In this document: piece by piece, positions 1 to 11,986 of the stretch | Numbering within the stretch: position 1 is the first letter of the stretch | Layout of the letters: each line of letters opens with the position of its first letter | Source of the DNA: Zootoca vivipara | Lineage: Eukaryota | Direction of reading: 5' to 3' | Length of the DNA: 64,000 nucleotides | Assembly: GCF_963506605.1 (NCBI RefSeq) | Contig: NC_083280.1 | Coordinates: 22,196,001 to 22,260,000, forward strand | Translations under genes and position numbers: made by a program | Notes under the pieces: generated by a model | What the model was told of the DNA's origin: nothing | Seen by the model: only the letters and a program-made list of their open reading frames with translations | Database searches by the model: none

Positions 1-564
1 ACCTTTCGTGACACTTTGGATTGCACCCTGGAGGGATGGAAAGGTTCGTTAATAAAATTTGTCCTCTTGACAGTGTGGTGCAATGAAGCAGCTACTTAAC
101 TCTCTAATGTGAAGTACATTTAAGAAAATTGGTGGAATGCCCTCCCTGTTGGGGTGCATCTGTCTCCCTCATTAACATTCAGGAGGAGTTTAAATACATT
201 TCCGCTCACCCAGGCATTTGATGGCTGAAAGAAACTGTTCTTGCAAGCCTTCAGTTGTGACTCTATGAGCCTATGTGGCTGTCTTCAGAGATGTGTTCAG
301 GTGTTTTCAATGTTTTTAGATGTCCCAAACATGTTTTTATTTTATGTTTAATTGCATTGCTTTCTTGCTTGCTCTCCTGGACTCCTTTAGGAGGAAGGGC
401 AAGATAGAAATTTAAAAAACAAACAAACTTAAATGAACATTTTAAGCAACACACAGATATTTAGAACAGACAAGTGAAACAAATTTCCAATAGTAAAAAT
501 AAGAGCTTGGATTATGGCTCTGCAAGGTCTCAGGAAGGGAAGTCTACCCTGGGATTCTTTAACA

Positions 565-700
565 CAGGCTTCCTCAAACTCGGCCCTCCGGATGTTTTTG
601 GCCTACAACTCCCATGATCCCTAGCTAGCAGGACCAGTGGTCAGGGATGATGGGAATTGTAGTCTCAAAACATCTGGAGGGCTGAGGTTGAGAAAGCCTG
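565..700. mobile_element. hAT-type MITE (136 bp)
   Basis: TIR caggcttcctcaaac…gttgagaaagcctg; 8-bp TSD CTTTAACA. Confidence 0.85.
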
Positions 701-1214
701 CTTTAACAGGTTCTTTAAGGAACCTGTGTCCCTTTCAGATGCTATCTGGATCCAACTCCCATCCACCTCAGCCAGTCAGGGATGATGGGAGTTGTAGTTC
801 CAGCATCATCAGGGGGACCCCTGTAATGGGAAATGCTAGTGATGTCAAGAAGGTGTTCAAGCACAGAGCTGTGGGCCACAATATTCTCAGTGTGAGGGAG
901 TGTTAGACTTGAGCCCCAAATTGCCTGAAAACAGCCTATGCTTGCCTCCAGAATCCTAATGATCTCTCTCACCCCCTTGCTATAAAAGAATTATCAAGAC
1001 TATAAGAGATGAATCCACATTTTGGCTTCTGAACTAATTCAAACCTCAGGTTTTGCTGTTAATTACTTGGTTGTGATCTAATATAATGGGAAATTGTAAC
1101 CTAATATATTATTCTGGTAGGTCTATAAAATTGCTGTCTTGCGTGCGTGCTTTGGAAAGAGGAAATAATTACTTGAAATATGCATTTTCTGTTTCCCAAA
1201 AATGTCTCAAGCAG

Positions 1215-1299
1215 ATAATCGATCCATTTGTTGAGGTGGAAATTATTGGGTTACCGGCAGACTGCTGCAAAGACCAGACCAGGGTGGTGGATGACAATG
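1215..1299 (+). CDS. PLCH1: PLCH1 internal coding exon (start of C2 domain; IIDPFVEVEIIGLPADCCKDQTRVVDDNG)
   Basis: cag| acceptor at 1212-1214 and |gtaag donor at 1300. Typical PLC C2 motif DPFVEVEIIG. Phase 0 to 1, compatible with the next exon. Confidence 0.93.
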
Positions 1300-3422
1300 G
1301 TAAGAGGCTGCAAGCTGTACGTATGCTTGTTATATGCAAGCTGTAAGTGTTGTCAGGAGGGACTGATTGTAAAACTGCTCTGGAAATTGTAACTCTGTGA
1401 GGAGAATGGGGGTCTCCTAAGAACTCTGAGCACCCTTAACAAACCACAGCTCCCAGAATTCTTTGGGTAAAGCTATGACTGTTTAAAGTGATATCATATT
1501 GTTTTAAATGTATGTTATGAGTGTGGCCTTAATAATGTTCCTTCGGGTATTCAATTTCTCCTCTCCTGCCAATTTCAGCTCCCCATTTCTACTGGGCATA
1601 TGTGATTAGCAATGATTTTATATCAACTCAGTACTTTTCTATTATTCAAGACACTTGCCATTTTGCCTATATTCTTCTGCCCTTGGTATCAGTACTTCTC
1701 CCCCCCCCCCCTATTTTGGCTAAGCCTCCATCTGCAAATCTACGGTTTGCACTTCTTTATTGTGAAATTTGGCATGTTCTTTCTGCCAGCAACAATAAGT
1801 GCTTTTGAAATCAGAATATCAAGCACGGTTTTCGTGAAGATTCACCGGAGCCCTCCAAAAGGGACTGTCCAAAGGTTAAGTTATCGCTTAAGCGCAAGTA
1901 ATTTAGACAGAATCTGATGTTCGTTTTAGCAGATATGATCAGTATGAATGACAGGCCACAGTTGCTATAAAGAGTAGGCTCAAATTCTGTAGATAATGAG
2001 GAGGTTAAACAATGGGTTAAAAAAAATCCTTCTTCTCGAGAGTTATGGAAGAGGGCAGGGCCAAGCAATTACTGAATTTCTGTCACAATGGACAGGAAGC
2101 GACAGCACTGAAAATGTGTGTTAGCCAACACAATACTCAGAAACAGCCATTCAGAAGTGCTAACAAAAATGTCATGTTATTTGTTGAATGGCTATTGATT
2201 TCCTCATCACTGCTAGTGTCAGGGTAAGAAATAATTGCTTGTCCTCCTGCTCTATCAAGCTTTGGAGCTACCTTTTGGTGGGTGGCCTTATTCTCACCCC
2301 TGAACTTTCAACTTTCTGTTTTCTGTTGGAATATCATATTAAAGAGGTCACTTCTCCTTTTCTTGGTCATTTCATTTCATTCATTTTATCAGGGAACATA
2401 TTAAAAAGAAGGAGAGAAAGAAGCATGTCAGTGGATTTTTTGTTGGTTTGAGTTGAAGTCGTCTATAGCATCAATACTGGGCATCCTGTGGCTGGGCCAG
2501 CCTTAGGCATTATTTCCCCCAAGATTTGGCCTGCTCCCTGTCCCTCTGTGGTTCCAATCATGTCCCCTTTGTATTTGTGGGGGAAAGGGGATGCAACTTC
2601 TCATTCCATGCAGACTGACACTGTGGACCCAACCTCTTTATGTTAGCCGGGTACTTACTGGAGTGTTTTTGAGCGAAAGCTCACATGAGTTGTGGGAATG
2701 GCCTAGTGGAACTTTCATCTTGGCTCCTATTGCTAGAATTGACCTGAGACCACAGGCATTTGCCTGAGCACAGAAATGCTGCAAAATGTCCCTGGGGTGT
2801 GCACACAAGCACCACTCCTAATGTATGAGTGCGCATTGTCAAACCCACTCAGATGAACAACCTTCTCATGTTGAGCGGGAAATGTCTGACATGTGACAAG
2901 GTCTCCTGTTCAGGCACAGCACCAGAGTAGTGTGATGCTTCATGATAATACTTGGTAGGTACTGACATCAATTATTGGGTAACAGCATATTTCAAAAAAT
3001 TGCATAGTATAAAAGATAACGCAATTCGCAAATAGTATAATAGTATAAAAACGTTGCATCTGTTTTTCTTGCTTCAATTTGGCCTTGCACCAGTGTCAAG
3101 GAACATGCTTATAAACTTAAAAAAGAAGATGATGAATATACTGTAATGCACAAACTTTATTACAGTGTTCATGAGACTTTAAGCCGGTGGGTGAAATTAC
3201 CTCTGTTTTTGAATGGAAGGCAGGATAACAGGAATTTCTGTATTCTTTGGGGATGCTGTAATTTTCAGGTACTAGACTAAGAGCTGGAATAACCCAACAC
3301 AAAGTAAGACACCCCTTGGGCTTTCAGCGTAGACTCATTCGGTGGTTTGTTAACAGGGCGAGTACTTAGATGACTTGTTTCTCTTCCCGCACTTGACTTC
3401 TTGTATTCTCTGCTCCTTACAG

Positions 3423-3569
3423 GGTTTAATCCTGTCTGGGAAGAAACTCTCACTTTCAACATCCACATGCCCGAGATAGCATTGGTTCGCTTTCTTGTTT
3501 GGGATCATGATCCAATCGGCCGAGACTTTGTTGGACAAAGGACTGTCGCCTTCAGCAGCCTTATGCCCG
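3423..3569 (+). CDS. PLCH1: PLCH1 coding exon (C2: GFNPVWEETLTFNIHMPEIALVRFLVWDHDPIGRDFVGQRTVAFSSLMPG)
   Basis: Polypyrimidine tract plus ag acceptor, gttag donor, 147 nt, phase 1 to 1. Hallmark NGFNPVWEE and DHDPIGRDFVGQ motifs of PLC-eta. Confidence 0.95.
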
Positions 3570-3765
3570 GTTAGTGCCTCTGCTTACCTATCTTTGATCA
3601 GCAGCAAAGGCAAGGCTGGCAGTATGGGTGAAATTACAATATGTCTCAGCCTGTGCTGGTGCTGTAAGTTTGTGGGATTGGAAGGGAGGGGGCTCTAACT
3701 AGGTTTCTTTTCTGCTCAGAAAGCTTGAGATGTGGGGTTTTGTTGGAAAGAAGGAAATGCATAGG

Positions 3766-4192
3766 TGTGAGGGACAAGGGGTATCGCGAAGCCCCTCCCC
3801 TCCTGAGTTCCAGCCCAGCCCCGAGCGAGGCTGAAAAGAGGGACAGCTCCAGCTCAAGTGGGGAAACAGGAAGTGGTGTCCAAGGCTCTGGCAGGGTAGA
3901 AGAGCCATCGTCCCAGGTGGGACAGGAAGGGGGAAGGAAGGGGGGCAGACCCGTCCCCCCAACTCCGGAATTGCGCAGAAAACGTCGGGGGAAGAGGATG
4001 GGTCTCCCCAAGTTGTTATGCTGGCGCAAGACGCGCCAAAAGCCACTTGGAAGTTCTGATTCAAGCTGAGCAGATGTGTCTTTGTAAATAGCACTGCCAT
4101 TAGCACTGTAAATACTCAGCACCAATAAAAGATAAAATGCAGAGCTGTGTAGAGTCGTTACTCTGAAGTAGCCCACTCCGGCCACCGTGACA
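3766..4192 (+). mobile_element. Solo LTR (Gypsy/ERV-type), family A
   Basis: TG…CA termini, 5-bp TSD ATAGG, internal AATAAA. Homologous to 36621-37040. Confidence 0.85.
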
Positions 4193-4342
4193 ATAGGCAA
4201 ACAAGGCAAAACAGCAGTCTTCATCGGAGTAGGAAGCTGAGTCAAGTCATTATGTGTGGCAGACTTTGTGACCAGGACTGAGTGGGGATACTTGCAACTG
4301 TTGTCTTTGACGGCCATTCAAGCTTGGGCTGTTTCCCTAGTC

Positions 4343-5555
4343 CAGGGGTGTCAAACTCAAATTCATCGGGGGCCGCATCAGCAGTTTGGTCACCCTCAAA
4401 GGGCCGGTTGTATCTGTAGGACTATGTGTCCACTCTTTATTATCATAAATTATTGTCACTGCATTCAATTATTACTGTTTTTTGTAATAATGTAAGTAAT
4501 AACTAGCTCTGAAAGCAGAAACATAGTCAGAATAATGGCAAGTAGATATTCAAATGTACAATTATTGTACAATTTATTGAAAAATGATTTTTGGTAACTG
4601 CACTGGGTGGTGGAGGCTCGCTAGGGTTTCATGCAGGAGCTTTGCAGAGCTACTAGTACCTGGAGATGCTGGGGTCCTTCTGCATGCAGGACAGATGTTC
4701 TGCCAGTGAGCCACCACCCTTCACCAAAGGGACTGGCTGAGGTTGACTCACTGGAACTGCTCTCCTGGTTCCAGGGTTTAAGGGCCAGAAGTATAAAGCA
4801 GCATCCTATGTTTCTGAGGAGAGGGGGAGGGAGGGAGGGAGGGAGGAAGAAAAGAGGGAATGGGAGGGAGAGAGGAAGGAAGGAAAGAGGGGAGAGAAAG
4901 AAGAGTAGGAAATAAGGAAGGGAATAAAGAAGGAAAGAAAAAGAAAGAGGGAGAGAAGACGGAAAGGGAGAAATAAGGAAGGAAGTAGAGGGAAAGAAAG
5001 AATGAGGGAGAGGAAGAAAGATGGGAAGGACGGAAGGAAGGAAGGAAGGAAGAAAAGAGGGAGCAGGAGGGAGAGAGGAAGGAAAGAGGTGAGAGAAAGA
5101 AGAGTAGGAAAGAAGGAAAGAAAAAGAAAGAGGGAGGAGGAGGAGGAGGCTTGCCGGGTCGGTGCCTGGCAGCGCCATGCGGAGAGTCCCGAGCCTCTGG
5201 GACGCAGCAGTGCTCTGTAGCACTTTGAATCCTCCTCCTCCTCCACGCGGCGCTGCTGGGTGCTTTGTCTGTGCTTCAGCAGCAGCAGCAGCCGTTTCCA
5301 GGCGCCGAGCCGTGGCAGGAGGAGGAGGATTCAAAGTGCTACAGAGCACTGCTGCGTCGCAGAGGCTCGGGACTCTTCGTGCGGCGCTGCTCCGGCTGCC
5401 TTTCAACCCACCCCCCGGCTCCAGCTGTTTGTCGGCGCGGCGCTTCAGCAGCAAGGTCCCGCTGCTGGGTCCCGCTGCCGGGGGCGCTCGGTGGGCCACA
5501 TGACGAGGTCTGGCGGGCCGGATTTGGCCCCCGGGCCTTGTGTTTGACACCCGTG
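4343..5555. mobile_element. Non-autonomous hAT (Charlie-like) DNA transposon, 1.2 kb
   Basis: TIR caggggtgtcaaac…gtttgacacccgtg; 8-bp TSD CCCTAGTC. Contains a purine-rich tract and an internal inverted repeat. Confidence 0.88.
4815..5150 (+). repeat. GA-rich polypurine low-complexity tract
   Basis: About 330 bp almost entirely A/G (GGAA/GAGG motifs). It explains the spurious ORFs in this region. Confidence 0.9.
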
Positions 5556-5687
5556 CCCTAGTCCTTTTATCCCTGGACATTCAGGCTATGTTGCAGATGT
5601 TTGTGCCTCGACTAGTTGTGCCTAGATTGGAGTGCAATCTTTTTCTCTGGGATGTGGACATAGCCATGATTGCTTATGCCTTTACAA

Positions 5688-5921
5688 CAGGCATCCCCAA
5701 ACCATAGCTGCCAAGTTATCCCTTTTTTTAAGGGATTTTCCCTTATGCTGAATAGGCTTCCTCGCGAGAAAAGGGAAAACTTGGCAGCTATGCCCCAAAC
5801 TTCAGCCCTCCCGATGTTTTGGACTACAATTCCCATTTTCCCTGACCACGGGTCTTGCTAGCTATGGATCATGGGAGTTGTAGGCCAAAACATCGGGAGG
5901 GCCGCAGTTTGGGGGTGCCTG
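5688..5921. mobile_element. hAT MITE with a nested 90-bp MITE (5703-5792)
   Basis: Outer TSD CTTTACAA. Inner TIR catagctgccaagtt…aacttggcagctatg with TSD CCCCAAAC. Confidence 0.88.
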
Positions 5922-6128
5922 CTTTACAACCTTGAAAAGCACAGATTTCACATTTTATGCCTAATGTCTCATGTGTACAAAGGAGAAGGTAAAATAAGCC
6001 CAAGCCTCATCATTGTCTTGTTTTATCCTCAGCCACCTAAAGCAGGCCTGTATGATATGACATGCATAGTTTGGTGTGGTAGCATCTTGACGTATCAAAT
6101 ACTAATTGCTGGTTTCCACTTTCACCAG

Positions 6129-6208
6129 GCTACCGTCATGTTTATTTGGAGGGACTGACTGAAGCCTCTATATTTGTTCATGTAACAATCAATGAAATTT
6201 ATGGAAAG
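6129..6208 (+). CDS. PLCH1: PLCH1 coding exon (end of C2: GYRHVYLEGLTEASIFVHVTINEIYGK)
   Basis: ccag| acceptor and aag|gtaagg donor. GYRHV motif of the PLC C2 C-terminus. Confidence 0.95.
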
Positions 6209-6279
6209 GTAAGGGGGACTTGTTGCCATTTTGCAGCCTGCACTGTGGTCTTCCAGATTTGTTGGTTTTATTATCAGGG

Positions 6280-6660
6280 CCGCAATGCCCCAAGGGCCAC
6301 CTTTCTCCATATGAACCAACCCAGACCCTGCAATCATCATCTGAGGCCTTTCTTCATGTGTCTCCTCCATGAGAGGTCCAGAGGGTGGCAGCATGATAAC
6401 GGGCTCCCTATTTATGGAATGCTCTCCCCAGGGAAGCTCGCCTGGCACCTTCATTACATATGTTTAGGCACCAGGTGAAAATGGTTCTCTATAACCAGGC
6501 TGATTAGCATTCTATAACCTTTTAAATGTGCTTGTGGGAGCGGTAGTTATTGGTTTGTTTTTGTTTCGTTATGCATTTTGCATTCCCGTTTCGTATTTTT
6601 GTGTCATGAACTGCCCTGTGAACTTCAGATGAAGGGCAATATACTAATTTAATAATAATT
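6280..6660 (+). mobile_element. L2-like LINE 3' fragment
   Basis: tggaatgctctccc motif and …gaagggcaatatactaatttaataataat tail. Homologous to 37046-37440 in the opposite orientation. Confidence 0.65.
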
Positions 6661-6728
6661 TTAAAAAATCTTGTCTTGAGAAACATAACATATAATGAAC
6701 GGTTATGAATCTGGGAAATAAAATATAC

Positions 6729-6923
6729 CAGACATGTCCAACTTTCAAGACACTGCGGTCTACTCCCACTATAAAAAAAATGGGCAGTGATCTACCCATT
6801 GGATTGACCAAAGTTGTGGAACTTTTTTTTAGGGAGCCAAAGTTGTTGAGCGATCAACCGTGATCGGTCACTGACACCCACTGGTCGACCAGTAGATCGC
6901 GATCGACCCGTTGGACATCCCTG
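6729..6923. mobile_element. hAT-type MITE
   Basis: TIR cagacatgtccaac…gttggacatccctg; near-perfect 8-bp TSD AAATATAC/AACTATAC. Confidence 0.7.
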
Positions 6924-8492
6924 AACTATACCATGCCTCTTCTCTAATGGAGCCCTCAGGGCAACTTCCAAAATTATGACATAAATTACAAAACAAGTAG
7001 TAAACGGAACATCAGAGTTTAATTAATTAATTAATAGAAAACAAGTTACCCATTTTTAATGTATGCCATCCTGTCTCTAATGTTTGCCATATCTTCCTAC
7101 CTACCCACCCCCCAAACATAAAAGACATAAGAACAGTATTTCTGGATCAGGCTCAAAGTCCATCTGGTCCAATATCCTGTTTTGACCATCCATGAATGAG
7201 TTGCTTAGTTCACTACCATGCTTCCAAAGTGTACATTATTATTTGAAAGTCGGTGTCTGTAGCCCCTCTTCAGCTGTGGGGATCCATGGGCTTTAATATA
7301 TGAAGGGGCTTACCTAAAATATGCTAGTTAGCCCCACTCCCTATACTGCTGTGTGTCATCGGTCTGAAGATGGCCCATGCCTTGCCCCAACTGTAATGTT
7401 CCAGCTTCTCTAATAAATTAATTAATTTTCCTTATATCTGTTTGTGATCACTGGGGGAAATCAGTGCAGTGGTTTGCAAGACTGGGAAGGGACCCTCAGC
7501 AGGTATTCATTTTTTTGTGAGAGAAGAGGGTTCTGTGGCATTTGTTTCTCATATAAGTACTGAATATAGTTATATATTGCAGCAGTCTTAATCGGGGGTT
7601 TTGTTTAGTTTTTAAAGGTAATTTTTTTTGAGGTTGAGTTTGGATGCATCTTAATTAAAAACTGCTGCTATTCCATTTCATTTCAGAAGATAGATTTAAA
7701 AACTTGCTCCAAGTTTTAAAATGGCAAAAAGTCATCTTCATGAAATTATGAAATTTCATAATTTCAGCTTTGGGTGGTTTTTTCTTTTATTTATGTGGAT
7801 GAATATTTTTTATAGCTGAGGGGCTGTAGCTCAGCTGGAGAACCAACGCTTTTCATGCAGAGAGTCCCAGGTTTGATCCTTGGCATCTCTAGATTAGGCT
7901 GGCAAAGCCTGAAGAGTTGCTGCCAGTCAGTGCATGCAGTACTGAGCAAGGGTGACCAGTGGCATGATTTAATATAAGGCAGCTTGCTACTAGCAATTCA
8001 AGAATCCTTATAAGATCATGACACAATCAGAGAAATGCAATGTGGTGTATTAACAGAAAGGATTTTTAAAATGAGAAAAGGGAGTTTTTCAATCAATATT
8101 TTTCATATCAATGATTATATCAGTGAGTTGGGATTTGGGGACTTAATTTTTTCCTCCCTGTACCAGGCACCAGTCATAAAACTCATCAATGCCTATTATC
8201 TTCTTGCTTAAATGTTCCAGTGTTTCTTTTGACAGAAGGCTGAATGCATATTTTATGCTCAGCTCATATATTTTAATGAAGGCCACACCATTAATAACTG
8301 GATGCAACTTAGTGAGCACTGGTAGGTCAAACTAGTTGAAGGTCTTCGTCTGCCTTACAGGAGGGTTCAAGCCTGTAACAGAAGCCTGGGAACCATGTCG
8401 CCTAGCTACAATGTTAGAGGACAAAATCCTCTTCTTCCAACAGCTCCAGACAAGCACCTTTGCTCAAGCACCTATATAGACTTTCTTCCAAT

Positions 8493-9009
8493 AGCTGCAT
8501 TTGGATGTAACAGTAAACAATGGTTTGTTATTACAAGGGATGAGCCTGGGTGAACCATGGGCTCATCTGCAATCTCCGCCTTCTCGAGTGGAACCAAAAG
8601 GAGGAGACTGGAAGCTTTTGCTTCTGTTTTACCAAAACCTTCATAAATTGTGATTAATCTTAATTATGTTTTACTGAAACAAGTCCCCATTGAACCTTGG
8701 TTTTATGGTTCTGGCTTATTTCAGTGAATCCTAGGTTAAGCACAGTTTAGGGCAGGCATCCCCAAACTGCGGCCCGCCAGATGTTTTGGCCTACAACTCC
8801 CATGATCCCTACCTAAGAGGACCAGTGGTCAGGGATGATGGGAATTGTAGTCCAAAACATCTGGAGGGCCGAAGTTTGGGGATGCCTGGTTTAGGGTTTG
8901 AATGTAATTCTAAACTGTGGTTAAATCATAGGAAGAGGTAGGCAAATGAGTTAACCCAAGGCTCATTCCTATAACAATAACCATGGTTTATTGTTACAAC
9001 CAAACACCT
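8493..9009. mobile_element. Old MITE with long degenerate TIRs, interrupted by a younger hAT MITE
   Basis: tttggatgtaacagtaaacaatggttt…gatgagcctgggtgaac pairs with gttaacccaaggctcatt…ccatggtttattgttacaaccaaac. Confidence 0.6.
8753..8888. mobile_element. hAT-type MITE (same family as 565-700)
   Basis: TIR caggcatccccaaact…agtttggggatgcctg; TSD GTTTAGGG. Confidence 0.88.
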
Positions 9010-9331
9010 GCTATGAGTCAGGCACAAGTGATCTCTGTCCTTCCCAGCTTCAGAATCTGAAATCATAAATTTGACTTTTACTCTCATTGGGTAAGGAGAG
9101 CTAGATTACTTGATTTACTGTGGCATACAGCTTCCTTATTTTCAGCCTCCTGCAGACTTCCCTCCAGATGTTGTTGATGACTACAGATGACTACAACTCC
9201 CACAACCTCTGATTGTTGCCCTGCCCATGCTGGCTTGGGTGGATGGGAGCTGGTTTCAAACAACATCTGGAGGGCCTGGCCTACTGTACCTGTTATAGGT
9301 TTTCTATTGGAACCATAAAAATTGCCAGCTA

Positions 9332-9568
9332 CCCTGTTTCTCATATTTTAAGACATACCCATAAAATAAGCCATAGCAGGATTTTTAAGCATTCAAGGAA
9401 TATAAGCCATACCCCGAAAATAAGACATAGTGATAGGCGCAGCAGCAATGCTGGCCGCGGCAGGAGGAGGAGGAAAAAAAAATAAGACATCCCTTGAAAA
9501 TAAGCCATTGTGTGTTTTTTTGAGGAAAAAATAAATATAAGACGTGTCTTATAATATGTGAAACACGG
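9332..9568. mobile_element. Tc1/mariner-superfamily MITE
   Basis: TA flanks; TIR ccctgtttctcatatt…aatatgtgaaacacgg; internal aaaataag repeats. Confidence 0.7.
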
Positions 9569-10181
9569 TATTACTTGATGCCCTTCAGGACTGCAATGTG
9601 CAAGATAGTCCCGCTCTATTCTCATTAAACCAGATTTTAGACAATGGAATTTTGAGGTTAGACCCCTTTATCCATCTTGCTTGGTGGACGTGCTTTATTG
9701 TCAAATAAAACAGTGTTTGTTTGTTACAGTGAATTTATGGCTGCTGTTGATTGGCACACCCTTTTATGTTTCTCCCCTGTCTACCTAGAGCTTGAGGCTG
9801 CTGCTTTTTGTTCCTTGTTACTCAAATCTTGTGGCTTTGAGTAACTCTTTTTTCCCTGGCGCATCCTTGCTTGGTGGAGATTCCTTTATCGTTGCTGCAT
9901 GGACATAGAACTTTGGCACATTGTCTCAGGGCTTATTTTAAATAGGTGGTGTATAAATGGGCCAAAGATCTCTACCAGTCTCTAGTTCTGAGGAGGGTAC
10001 AGAGTTAAAACATGTAGAGTTATAGCCAGAGGTCCAAGTCTGATGGAATCCAACAGCAGCTAGAGAGAGCCATGTTGGCTACCCGTAATTCTATGACAAA
10101 CACGATGTATCCTGTTGTTTTCATTGTGACCAAATTAATGGAAATTTAGCCCGTCATTCTGTGCCTTTCTTTGCCTTTCAG

Positions 10182-10241
10182 TGGAGTCCCTTAATCCTCA
10201 ACCCCAGTTATACTATAATGCACTTTCTAGGAGCCACAAAG
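10182..10241 (+). CDS. PLCH1: PLCH1 60-nt frame-preserving (likely alternative) exon WSPLILNPSYTIMHFLGATK
   Basis: tttcag| acceptor, aag|gtagc donor, phase 0 to 0. The peptide matches the segment I recall between IYGK and NRQLQGL in mammalian PLCH1. Confidence 0.85.
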
Positions 10242-10780
10242 GTAGCTTTTATTTAGCATGTCACTTCTGCACTTGCTGGGCACTCCTTTTTTTAAAGGAG
10301 ACACCCCTAACCGCATGATCTGTTAAGTGCTGTGTCACTTCATTGCCCATCAAGCATTTGAAACCTTGGCCTGCTGCTGCTGCTGCTGCTTCGAAGTAGC
10401 CCATGTCATAAAATGCCCCAGGATCCCAGGGCAGCTTCTCACCCCAGGACATTTTTCGCAAGCTTGTCGTGTGTGATTAGGAGGCCTCTCGTAAAACTCC
10501 TCTGCTATCATGGCAGGCTGCCTTCCTGACGGAGAGAAATCCCCTCATACATGCATGAACCCATGGCGAGCAGTGCCTGTTTTCTCCTCAGTTGACCAGG
10601 TGTGGACATGCTTGGCTTGGTCACTTTGCTTGCTTGCTTGCTTGCTTGGGATTCTTCTCCATTCATCACCCAGATAATGTACCCAAGCAGCTGTTTAGAA
10701 ATGTGTTTTTGTGTGAAATAGGCCACATTTTCAAAAAACCGGTAGTATTTCCCTCCTTTTCGTTCCCTGTTCTTTTTTAG

Positions 10781-11147
10781 AACAAGCAACTGATAGGGCT
10801 CCGAGGGCTCTTTCACAAGAACCCCAAGCATAATTCCGTGGAAAACAGCGCTAATTATATTCGGAAAAGGTCGATTGGGGAACGTATTCTCCGGCGCACT
10901 GCCAGCGCGCCAGCAAAGGGCAGGAAGAAGAGCAAAATGGGCTTTCAAGAAGTGACTGAGCTTAAGGAGAGTGTGTCTGAGGCAACCAATTTGAAAGAGA
11001 AGGAAGGAATCCTGAGGCGTACGAGTAGAAGCTTGCAGGCACGTCCCATCTCCATGCCGGTTGACAAATACCTTCTGGTGGGCTTGCCATCAACAGATCA
11101 GGAGGCACCTCCTGTTGCTGACACCACCAAAACCGAAAATACTTCTG
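10781..11147 (+). CDS. PLCH1: PLCH1 coding exon (NKQLIGLRGLFHKNPK…RKRSIGERILRRTASAPAKGRKKSK…ENTS)
   Basis: ttttttag| acceptor and g|gtaagt donor. The RILRRTASAPAK motif is characteristic of PLC-eta. Confidence 0.93.
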
Positions 11148-11613
11148 GTAAGTTTCTTCTATAGAGGCCTCATAAATGCTTCTAAAAACATATAGATGTA
11201 TTCAGGCTTTCATAGATTCCAACTCTTGATTTTTGTTTTGTTTTGTTTTGTAACAGTTGCACTTTTACCTAGTTTCTAGGAAATCTTGCTGAGTGTTGTT
11301 TTATTGTTTTTTATGTAAAAGTGTTAAATCCTATTGCCCTTGGTGTCAGGAAGAAAATCTGCAACATATCATAGGTATAGGTGAACCTTAAATCATCCAT
11401 ACAAGAATAAATTCAGTATCAAGCTGTGAGACAGCAAATGGGCTTCATTTATTTTTCTTTCCTGGTATGCCTAACCTCTGATAACCGCAGTAGCCATAAA
11501 TGATTAGATTCTGCTTATTTCTTACTCATTTAAATTTACAACACACTCAAGAGTAAGGAATATCTTGGAAACAGACAGGCATTTCTATCAGCTTTAGTGG
11601 TTTTTAGTTTTAT

Positions 11614-11986
11614 GGAACGCGGGTGGCACTGTGGTCTAAACCACTGAGCCTCTTGGGCTTGCCGATCAGAAGGTCGGCGGTTCAAATCCCCGTGAGGGGG
11701 TGAGCTCCCGTTGCTCGGTACCAGCTTTTGCCAACCTAGGAGTTCGAAAGCACGCCAAAAAAGTGCAAGTAGATAAATAGGTACCGCTCCGGTGGGAAGG
11801 TAAATGGTGTTTCCGTGTGCTGCTCTGGTTTTGCCAGAAGCGGCTTAGTCATGCTGGCTACATGACCCGGAAAAACTGTCTGCAGACAAACGCCGGCTCC
11901 CTTGGCCTGTAAAGTGAGATGAGCGGCGCAACCCCAGAGTCATCTGTGACTGGACTTAACTGTCAGGGGTCCTTTACCTTTACCTT
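11614..11986 (+). mobile_element. Sauria SINE, full length
   Basis: tRNA-like head (gggtggcactgtggt…ggttcaaatccc) and ACCTTT tandem tail. Shared with four other copies in the window. Confidence 0.9.

Noticed and set aside
4621-5580. 319-aa minus-strand ORF and overlapping ORFs
   Set aside because: They derive from low-complexity GA/CT and GC-rich sequence inside a hAT element.
7818-7990. tRNA-like sequence (gggctgtagctcag…ggtttgatcc)
   Set aside because: Degenerate head of an old tRNA-derived SINE with no intact cloverleaf.
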